Below are positions 57,221 to 63,877 of a stretch of 64,000 nucleotides of DNA, one piece after another. Made by a program: the position numbers and the translations under genes. The stretch is from IMG/VR virus record IMGVR_UViG_3300032247_000928, positions 15,904-79,903 of that record; one strand, given 5' to 3'. The notes beneath the pieces are model-generated. The model did no database searches, was not told the DNA's origin, and was given only the letters and a program-made list of their open reading frames with translations. Source of the stretch: a virus (Duplodnaviria; Caudoviricetes). The stretch's first letter is position 1, and the number at the start of each line of letters is the position of its first letter.

Positions 57221-57283
57221 AAAGACCTGTCACATGTCTTTAAACTGGATGAGGGCCCTGAGCACGGCCACGTAAACTGCTCA
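57221..57283 (+). ncRNA. tandem pseudoknot elements (copies 4-5)
   Basis: AAAGAC-C-TGTCACA-T-GTCTTT-AAAC-TGGATG (weak P2), then GGCC-C-TGAGCA-C-GGCC-ACGTAAAC-TGCTCA-CTTTTT. Confidence 0.6.
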
Positions 57284-57404
57284 CTTTTTATTGCAAAAAT
57301 TTCCGGGCCCCAAAACTTGATCTTGTCAAGCGACACGCCATGTGATTTACGACACGTTTAAGAAATGTCCGAATTGCCCCATGTCTGATTAGCCTGATTT
57401 GCAT

Positions 57405-57427
57405 ATGTCAGTCTGTCTTGCTATACT
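57405..57427 (+). promoter_or_regulatory. RecA-NDp-like promoter
   Basis: ATGTCAGTC-8-TATACT; also TTGCAT-17-TATACT. Confidence 0.7.
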
Positions 57428-57457
57428 TAAATTTCAACAACAAAAAGGAGAAAACTC

Positions 57458-58480
57458 ATGGCACATGACCTAGAAACACAAAACGGCAAGGCATCTTTTG
57501 CATCTTTCCGTGAACCTGCATGGCATGGATTGGGTACTGTATTCACAGAAGAAAAAACAACCGCAGAAATGCTAGAGGCTGCAAACCTCAATGGTTGGAA
57601 TGTTCGTCTTGAAGATATGCCTATCCCTGCACACTTAACTACAGACAAGGCGTACCAATATGTATTGCGTACTAATCCTACAGAATCAACTCAGACCGAT
57701 ATTCTTGGTGTAGTTGGTGAGCGTTATCATGTAATGCAGAATGAAGATTTATTTTCATTCGGTGACAATATTCTTGACGGCGGGGGACGATGGGAAACCG
57801 CTGGTTCAATCAAGGGTGGGCGTGTAGTATTTGGCGCACTTGCTCTTGAGCGTGAAACTGTACTAGACCCTAATGGTGTTGCAGATAAGGTAAAAACTTA
57901 TTTGCTTATCAACACATCACACGATGGTTCAATCGCAATTCAAGCAAGCATCACACCTGTTCGTGTTGTGTGCGCTAATACTCTTAATCTTGCTCTTGGT
58001 GGCGTAGGTCGTAAGAAGAACAAGGGAATCAAGCAATCTTTCAAGATTCGCCACACACAGACAGCAAGCGGTAAGGTAGAGGTTGCTCGCCAGACTCTTG
58101 GTCTTGCTAATGCTTACATGGACGAATTTGACCTCATGGCTAAGGCTATGATTGAGAAAGAAGTCAATGCTAAGTCTTTCAATGATATTCTTCTCGCTGC
58201 TTATCCTAAGCCAGAAAAAGATGCTAAGGGTGCAATCAAGAAGTGGGAAAATAAAATTGACATGGTAAATGATATTTACACAGGTGAATTTAACGGCATG
58301 ATTGCTGGTAATGCTTGGGGTGCGTTTAATGCACTTACTGAACGCCTTGATTGGTACCGCACAGCAAGAGGTGGTTCTAACGAATCTATCCTTGCAAGCG
58401 CATCAGGATTTGACCCTGCAATTAACGCAGAGAAGAATCGTTTGCTTAAAGTTGTGCAGAATGTAATGTCTCTCGCATAA
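57458..58480 (+). CDS. DUF932 / TIGR03299 phage-plasmid family protein
   Basis: REPAWHGLG, LGVVGERYHVMQN, ETAGSIKGGRVVF, SHDGS, TPVRVVCANTL, IRHT. Confidence 0.88.
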   Translation: MAHDLETQNGKASFASFREPAWHGLGTVFTEEKTTAEMLEAANLNGWNVRLEDMPIPAHLTTDKAYQYVLRTNPTESTQTDILGVVGERYHVMQNEDLFSFGDNILDGGGRWETAGSIKGGRVVFGALALERETVLDPNGVADKVKTYLLINTSHDGSIAIQASITPVRVVCANTLNLALGGVGRKKNKGIKQSFKIRHTQTASGKVEVARQTLGLANAYMDEFDLMAKAMIEKEVNAKSFNDILLAAYPKPEKDAKGAIKKWENKIDMVNDIYTGEFNGMIAGNAWGAFNALTERLDWYRTARGGSNESILASASGFDPAINAEKNRLLKVVQNVMSLA

Positions 58481-58485
58481 TAAAA

Positions 58486-58514
58486 AATTCCTAGGCATGA
58501 ATTAAAACTACCTG
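58486..58514 (+). ncRNA. H-type pseudoknot element (copy 6), 3 nt before the tRNA
   Basis: AATTC-C-TAGGCA-T-GAATT-AAAAC-TACCTG; compensatory changes in both stems. Confidence 0.6.
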
Positions 58515-58517
58515 CAA

Positions 58518-58591
58518 GATCTCATAGCTCAATTGGTTAGAGCGCTACCCTGTCACGGTAGAGGCTACGGGTTCAAGTCCCGTTGGGGTCG
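58518..58591 (+). tRNA. trnD: tRNA-Asp (GUC), CCA not encoded
   Basis: Acceptor GATCTCA/TGGGGTC, D arm GCTC/GAGC, anticodon arm CTACC-CTGTCAC-GGTAG, T arm ACGGG-TTCAAGT-CCCGT, discriminator G. Confidence 0.92.
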
Positions 58592-58706
58592 CAGCGTAAA
58601 TGGGGCCCCGGAAAATCGGACATATAGGACATTAACTAATTAGATTAATATAAAAACTTTATTAAGAAGACTTGCTTTTTTCCCTGGAAGCGTGTAAAAT
58701 AAATGT

Positions 58707-58865
58707 ATGACCACAAAAACAAATGAAAAAACCATCGCCCAACTCGTAGAGGATATCTATGAGGACCACTTCTCTCATATTGATTTCATGGATAATATGG
58801 GGGGAGATTGTGATTGTGCAATTCACTCTACCCTGGAAACAATTCTACAGTATTGGAGTAAGTAA
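58707..58865 (+). CDS. 52-aa hypothetical protein (leaderless)
   Basis: 6 nt after TTGCTT-17-TAAAAT; CDCAIH motif. Confidence 0.6.
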   Translation: MTTKTNEKTIAQLVEDIYEDHFSHIDFMDNMGGDCDCAIHSTLETILQYWSK

Positions 58866-59014
58866 TGCTAGGATATGAAAAATCTGATTTAGATATGATG
58901 ATTGCTAGTGTAAACATTGCTTCTAAGCAGTTGGGCAATTCAGGTATTGCTAAGGGTCTAGAAGAAGTATCTAGTTTCTTACAAGGTCTATGGGCAGAAG
59001 GGTACTTTGACTAA
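58865..59014 (+). CDS. 49-aa hypothetical protein
   Basis: MLGYEKSDLD...LQGLWAEGYFD; coupled at both ends. Confidence 0.65.
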   Translation: MLGYEKSDLDMMIASVNIASKQLGNSGIAKGLEEVSSFLQGLWAEGYFD

Positions 59015-59196
59015 TGCAAATTAAATCCCGTGAAATTACATACCGCCAAATAGTTGAGCAGATCTTCTTTGAGGACGGAACAGAGTTGGTAGTTACAACT
59101 GGTTGGCCTGAAGGACAGGAGTTTGACATTGATGTTAAATTAGACTGGGTAACAGGAGAGCCTGAGTGGGCAGAGGAGTATGTTCATGAAGCATAA
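59014..59196 (+). CDS. hypothetical protein
   Basis: Coupled, 60 aa. Confidence 0.65.
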   Translation: MQIKSREITYRQIVEQIFFEDGTELVVTTGWPEGQEFDIDVKLDWVTGEPEWAEEYVHEA

Positions 59197-59299
59197 GCAC
59201 CATTGGCTATGTAGTGATGTACCAGGTGTTTATACTTGTACATTTAATTGTGGGTTTGGATATTGGAATCCTAAGACAGAACAAATAGAGGAGCAATAA
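59186..59299 (+). CDS. 37-aa His/Cys peptide
   Basis: MKHKHHWLC...CTFNCG; SD GAGGAG; coupled to the next gene. Confidence 0.5.
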   Translation: MKHKHHWLCSDVPGVYTCTFNCGFGYWNPKTEQIEEQ

Positions 59300-59502
59300 T
59301 GTGGACTAAGTATGATTATGTATGTAGTGATTGTGATGCTCTTGTTGAGATAACTACCCTGCAAAATATCAGGGAGTGGCGTGGCTGGTGTTCTTGTGGA
59401 TCTGCTAATCTAATTAATATTAGTGTCATGGATGCCTTTGAGCCTGTGATGAGTATCACACCTAAGAACCTTGTAAAAATCAACACCAACCCCTATAATT
59501 AA
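59299..59502 (+). CDS. zinc-ribbon protein
   Basis: CSDC...CSC. Confidence 0.65.
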   Translation: MWTKYDYVCSDCDALVEITTLQNIREWRGWCSCGSANLINISVMDAFEPVMSITPKNLVKINTNPYN

Positions 59503-59519
59503 TATAAAGGAGAAAACAA

Positions 59520-59702
59520 ATGCCAATGTATGACTTGAAGGTAATCGTAGAATATAACTACGAGGTAGAAGCAGATAACGCAGACGAAGCAGAAAAGCTT
59601 GGTTGGGAGTACGAGGACTACGGATTCCCTGAAGTTTATTCTATTGATGTAGATGAACAGTATGAGGAAGATGAAGTTGAATTAGATGAGGAAGTAATCT
59701 AA
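59520..59702 (+). CDS. small acidic protein
   Basis: YEVEADNADEAEKL motif; SD AAGGAG. Confidence 0.7.
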   Translation: MPMYDLKVIVEYNYEVEADNADEAEKLGWEYEDYGFPEVYSIDVDEQYEEDEVELDEEVI

Positions 59703-59866
59703 TGGAAATGCCAACCTTCATTGAGTATATGAAGATTCATGAGATTAGTCTTATGCAAGACTTAGAGAAGATTGACTATGTAAACAATCATCACTTCTAT
59801 AGACTTAAAGAAGCAGAAATTTATAACACCCGTCATCTATTGTCAGTAGCAGAGGATAGAATATAA
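59702..59866 (+). CDS. 54-aa hypothetical protein
   Basis: Hand translation MEMPTFIEYMKIHEISL...; coupled. Confidence 0.55.
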   Translation: MEMPTFIEYMKIHEISLMQDLEKIDYVNNHHFYRLKEAEIYNTRHLLSVAEDRI

Positions 59867-59868
59867 TT

Positions 59869-60138
59869 ATGGAAAATGACCCAACAATACTAGAACCATA
59901 TCTACAACGCATGGTAGACGCAGGCATGGACGGTGCAGATATAATGCATGGTCATCTTAAAACTCTCATGCTAGAAGCAGAAACACAACTAACCCTAGCC
60001 CAAGAAGCAGAAGACGAATCAGAGGAAGCAATGGATTCTATGGAGCGCCGCTATTGGGAAGGTGTATGCGAAGCCTATGGAGAACTATATAGTTTGACAT
60101 ATGCAATTGCATTTGCGAAGGGAAAACAAAATGCCTAA
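59869..60138 (+). CDS. acidic hypothetical protein
   Basis: DSMERRYWEG motif, 89 aa. Confidence 0.7.
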   Translation: MENDPTILEPYLQRMVDAGMDGADIMHGHLKTLMLEAETQLTLAQEAEDESEEAMDSMERRYWEGVCEAYGELYSLTYAIAFAKGKQNA

Positions 60139-60310
60139 GTGTTTAGACTGCGGTCAAACCGAGCAATTTTGGTATGACGAAACATCTCATAAGCTTGGTA
60201 AATATAATGAAGATGGGGATCTTCTAGACGTTGAGACAGATTGGTATGATGACGTTACGAACGGTCATTGTGGAGTCTGTGACTCAGAAAATATTGAGGG
60301 TAGGCTGTAG
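60131..60310 (+). CDS. zinc-ribbon protein
   Basis: MPKCLDCG...CGVCDS; start moved. Confidence 0.7.
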   Translation: MPKCLDCGQTEQFWYDETSHKLGKYNEDGDLLDVETDWYDDVTNGHCGVCDSENIEGRL

Positions 60311-60372
60311 GTCTTGACAGTCCCCTGCATTTTTGATAGAATTATATAAACCACTAGTAGAAAGTAACCACC

Positions 60373-61101
60373 ATGCCAAACTGGGTATATAACGGATTAA
60401 CTGTAGAAGGTAATCCTGAACAAGTTAAGAAAATGATTGTTCAATTAAATAAACCATTTGTTTATTCTGTTCAATCTAATGGCGATTTAGCCTATACAGT
60501 TAGACAGCGCAAGTATGTTAATCCTATCTTTGCATTCCATAATATCTATTCATATAAAGATGCAGGTATTACTGATGAGCAATATCATGGTGTTCCTACA
60601 TTCCCCGAAAAATTTGATATGAAATTTGACGGCAATGACTGGTATAACTTTAACAACCGTGAGTGGGGCACTAAGTGGGATGTAGCCGTAGCAGAAGATG
60701 ACCAGTATAGTAATACTAGTATTCAAGAAGCAGAGAACGGTGAAAACTATGTAGTTCACTATAACTTTGAAACAGCATGGTCTAGGCCAATCCCTGCATT
60801 GCAAAAACTATCTGCTCAATATCCAACATTACTCTTTACCTTATCATATGAGGAAGAAACAGGTTGGGGTGGGGAGATGGAATTCTTACGTGGTGAGATT
60901 ATTTCATCATCAGAATATGACAGTATGTGTAGAGATTGTGATGCCACAGATTGCATGGAATACTGCGAAAATGATTGTGGTGAGATATGTTCTGTATGCC
61001 ATTGGCTAGGAGAAGCAGACTTAGAGGCAGTTGCAGAATGTGATGACCACAAGATATACTTAGATACAAAAGTTCCTGAATACCGAAAGGCAGATGCATG
61101 A
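60373..61101 (+). CDS. Api92/YubB-like (DUF1281) protein with Cys-rich C-terminus
   Basis: MPNWVYN.L, DWYNFNNREWGTKWD, FETAWSRP, YEEETGWGG; own promoter TTGACA-17-TAGAAT at 60314. Confidence 0.75.
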   Translation: MPNWVYNGLTVEGNPEQVKKMIVQLNKPFVYSVQSNGDLAYTVRQRKYVNPIFAFHNIYSYKDAGITDEQYHGVPTFPEKFDMKFDGNDWYNFNNREWGTKWDVAVAEDDQYSNTSIQEAENGENYVVHYNFETAWSRPIPALQKLSAQYPTLLFTLSYEEETGWGGEMEFLRGEIISSSEYDSMCRDCDATDCMEYCENDCGEICSVCHWLGEADLEAVAECDDHKIYLDTKVPEYRKADA

Positions 61102-61412
61102 GACCCGATGACAAAGATAAACTAAACCAATGCTTAACAATACTAGAAAGCACAGACTTAGGTCTTTCATTAGTATGGCTATGGACGTGGAGTACAGTCA
61201 AGAACTTTATGGAAGATACTGAATACCGCTTTAATTTCTCAGAAGATGAGATTTGGGATAAACTAGTAGAGGCTACTAAGGCTGGTCATGGTTTCTCTCT
61301 GGAGTATGGTGCAGAGCAGAACTATGAAGACATTCGTGACTGGCTAACAGATAACGATATCATGACGGACCTAATGTTTGAGGAGGATGAAGATGAAGAC
61401 GACAGTGAGTGA
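61098..61412 (+). CDS. acidic hypothetical protein
   Basis: 104 aa, coupled. Confidence 0.7.
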   Translation: MRPDDKDKLNQCLTILESTDLGLSLVWLWTWSTVKNFMEDTEYRFNFSEDEIWDKLVEATKAGHGFSLEYGAEQNYEDIRDWLTDNDIMTDLMFEEDEDEDDSE

Positions 61413-61728
61413 TTTAATTTATGCAGGTTCATTTGCAGTTGACTCAGGCCAAGCAATGGTTGGTGACCCATGCTATCTAGATGGTTGGGAACCGTGGGAA
61501 GATGGTACACCTTTTGATCATGAGAATAAGTCTGGGCAGTATGGCTATCTAGGTGCAAGCGGTGTAACTCTTAAACAAAACTATGGCACATTAGGTGCTG
61601 CAGATGCAGTTGTATTTTCAACGGGATATGGAGATGGGCTCTACCCTGTATACGTACAACTAAATTCCGATGGACGTGTTGCTAAGGTAGTTATTGATTT
61701 TGAGGGAGACATTGAGGCGGACGAGTGA
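61405..61728 (+). CDS. DUF4241-like protein
   Basis: FAVDSGQAMVGDP...FSTGYGDGLYPVY; GTG start. Confidence 0.55.
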   Translation: MSDLIYAGSFAVDSGQAMVGDPCYLDGWEPWEDGTPFDHENKSGQYGYLGASGVTLKQNYGTLGAADAVVFSTGYGDGLYPVYVQLNSDGRVAKVVIDFEGDIEADE

Positions 61729-61792
61729 ACTGGACACAGTTAACTTTATTTGATATCATTGAAGTAAACGACCTAACAGAGGAGCAAGAATA

Positions 61793-62173
61793 ATGGGAGC
61801 ACGTATTAATTTTGTATTTAAAACAGATGAGTTCGCTGTAGGAGAACCTGAGTCATATGTAGTTCTCTATTCACACTGGGGCCAAGATTCCTGGGAGTCA
61901 GACCTGGCAGAGGCGCTGCAGCATGCACGTCCTAGATGGGATGACGCTTCATATGGTACCCGCATGATTATTAGTTATCTTATTCAACATAACATTTTGG
62001 ATGAGACAGGGTTTGGTATTTATTCTATCAGTGATATTTCTAGGGACCTAGGAGAGCAGACGGTCATCATTGACTTCACTGACAAGACTATTACTGATAC
62101 TCAGCCCGTGGAATGGGACGCATTCATAAATGCATACGGGCCAAAGCTTTTCGCTGAGCATGTGATAGGGTAG
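61793..62173 (+). CDS. hypothetical protein
   Basis: MGARINF...LYSHWG motif; SD GAGGAG. Confidence 0.75.
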   Translation: MGARINFVFKTDEFAVGEPESYVVLYSHWGQDSWESDLAEALQHARPRWDDASYGTRMIISYLIQHNILDETGFGIYSISDISRDLGEQTVIIDFTDKTITDTQPVEWDAFINAYGPKLFAEHVIG

Positions 62174-62259
62174 GGTCACCCTGTCCATATAATGAGACGG
62201 GGGTCAGGTGTTTGTGGTGGGGACTTGACCCCCTCTCAACCTTTTGATAGAATGGAGAG

Positions 62260-62499
62260 ATGATGAGTAGAGGCTTTCACTTAAGGGCAAGCAAGGAAGA
62301 AAAGGTTGCCACAACCATTGGTCGCCTTCTATCTGACTTTACCCTTGACCTTGAGGCAGTTGGAAAGTATCTTGCAACAGCCAATCCATATGTTATTTAT
62401 GCGAGGGCAGTTGAAGTTCTAGAATCAGCAGAGTATAATAAAACCACAGCAGAATACAGAGAGATAGGAAAATACTATGGCAACGACCTTTTCCAATAA
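62260..62499 (+). CDS. hypothetical protein
   Basis: 6 nt after TTGACC-17-TAGAAT. Confidence 0.65.
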   Translation: MMSRGFHLRASKEEKVATTIGRLLSDFTLDLEAVGKYLATANPYVIYARAVEVLESAEYNKTTAEYREIGKYYGNDLFQ

Positions 62500-62743
62500 A
62501 GTAAAAATACTTTCACAGTTTTGGGAACAGTATAGATTTAATGACGAGTATTCTGATTTTGTAGAATATAACGATTTAGGTTTGCCACTTGCACACTTGA
62601 ACGAACAAGGTTTGGCAGTAATCACAACCGAAGGAGAAAATTATATTGCAGAAACATTTGAGTATCTGCTTGCAAGACTTGACTCTGATGACAATGATTT
62701 TACAGAACTAGAAGAAATTTTTACTTCCGCTTCACAGGGGTAA
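62477..62743 (+). CDS. acidic hypothetical protein
   Basis: FVEYNDLGLPLA motif. Confidence 0.7.
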   Translation: MATTFSNKVKILSQFWEQYRFNDEYSDFVEYNDLGLPLAHLNEQGLAVITTEGENYIAETFEYLLARLDSDDNDFTELEEIFTSASQG

Positions 62744-63008
62744 AACTGCCAGGGATCTCACGGTTGCAGTCTCGTGGGATTTTTGGCCCCCGGAAATTGG
62801 ACATATAGTACAAACCACCCAAACCATTTTTTGCCAAAATAACATTACGATGCAAACCTAAAAATCCCTGGAGCTTTTTTCCAAAACCTTTCTATCATAC
62901 AAACCTTATATTGTCAAACCTCCAATTGATCAAACCTCAAAGCCAGAATATATGGTTTGTCTATTAGTGGTATTACGAACACTCTTTAAATTCCCTGGAC
63001 TTTTCAGG

Positions 63009-63031
63009 TTGTCAGTGGTCTCTGTTACAAT
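63009..63031 (+). promoter_or_regulatory. RecA-NDp-like promoter (exact consensus)
   Basis: TTGTCAGTG-8-TACAAT. Confidence 0.7.
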
Positions 63032-63235
63032 ACCGCCCCATTAGGGCGCCCCGCTTTTGGCGGGGGATTACGAAGATCAATCCAAATCCCTACAGTATAT
63101 ACAGTATAAAACCTTCAAACCTTTTTGCTGGATTTTGCAGAAATATCCAAACCTTTTTATATTTTTTCTGGATATTTTGTACATTTTCTGGACATTTTTG
63201 TACATTTTGTACAGGGTTTTTTGTCCATAAAAGGT

Positions 63236-63264
63236 TTGACAAATAGAAAGGTTTGGGGTATAAT
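63236..63264 (+). promoter_or_regulatory. consensus sigma-70/sigma-A promoter inside the iteron region
   Basis: TTGACA-17-TATAAT; no ORF directly downstream. Confidence 0.6.
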
Positions 63265-63547
63265 CCGCATGCAAGATATAAGGTTTGAGAGGTTTGACAA
63301 ATGGGAAGGTTTGTGATAGGAGGTTTGGCCGTTAGACATTACGAAGCCATCTGTCTAATATGCTCAATAACATGGTAGACAAACCAGATATGATATGTCT
63401 GACACATCTAAAAAATATCAGTAACATTTAAATTGCTATCAAACCTCTCAAACCTCTCAATTTGGACCTATATATAGTGGGTATTTAAGGTTTTAAACCA
63501 TACATATTGTGTAAAAATCCAGGGGACAAATAAGGTATACTTGGTAT

Positions 63548-63877
63548 ATGATATTTACAGATGAAGCAATAAAGAAAGTAGCAAACCTTATTACAGAATC
63601 TCAGATAACAACTCCTGGAAAGCCACAGTTTTTGAGGGTATCGGTTTCTCCTGGAGGATGTTCTGGTTTACGCTATCAAACCTATTTTGATTATGAAGAA
63701 AAAGAAGGTGATTCGGTATATCCTTTTGAAGGTTTTTCTCTTAGGGTGGATAAACTCTCCGACCCATATCTACAGGGTTCAACTTTTGATTTTGTAGACA
63801 CCATAGAAAAACAAGGTTTTACAATAGATAACCCTAATGCTCAAGGCTCTTGTGCCTGTGGAGATAGTTTTCACTAA
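63548..63877 (+). CDS. erpA: A-type Fe-S carrier (HesB/IscA/ErpA family)
   Basis: LRVSVSPGGCSGLRY...FTIDNPNAQGSCACGDSF; leaderless after TATACT. Confidence 0.92.
   Translation: MIFTDEAIKKVANLITESQITTPGKPQFLRVSVSPGGCSGLRYQTYFDYEEKEGDSVYPFEGFSLRVDKLSDPYLQGSTFDFVDTIEKQGFTIDNPNAQGSCACGDSFH

Larger units (their letters stand above)
51424..57356. promoter_or_regulatory. CRP/GlxR-type palindromes TGTGA-N6-TCACA, 8 copies
   Basis: Perfect at 52485 and 53468; near-perfect at 51424, 51479, 52385, 55630, 56644, 57341; all in cassette spacers. Confidence 0.7.
51408..58623. repeat. dispersed ATGTCCGA(A/T)T box, 6 copies
   Basis: 51408(-), 51503, 52516, 54625, 57365, 58614(-); degenerate copy near 62796; all intergenic. 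Confidence 0.8.
51441..62796. repeat. dispersed GC-rich TTCCGGG(G)CC box, 8 copies
   Basis: 51441, 52350, 53427, 54613, 56630(-), 57301, 58602(-), 62785(-); each lies just after the last gene of a cassette or at the start of a spacer. Confidence 0.85.
62811..63454. repeat. iteron-like cluster: 18 x CAAACC/GGTTTG plus ATTACGA and TTTGTACA repeats
   Basis: CAAACC at 62811, 62820, 62853, 62900, 62915, 62931, 63116, 63148, 63380, 63440, 63449; GGTTTG at 62954, 63233, 63250, 63282, 63291, 63308, 63322. Confidence 0.85.

Noticed and set aside
53383-58514. CTGAGCA...AAAC elements as hammerhead ribozymes
   Set aside because: They lack the CUGAnGA and GAAA core and the three-stem junction; the pairing fits an H-type pseudoknot instead
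62722-62755. Seventh pseudoknot copy (…GGGGTAAAACTGCC)
   Set aside because: It has the AAAACTG linker but no convincing P1 or P2 pairing, and it overlaps a coding end
63077-63339. ORFs 63077..63274, 63125..63316, 63157..63339
   Set aside because: They arise from the low-complexity repeat tract, overlap in three frames and have no SD
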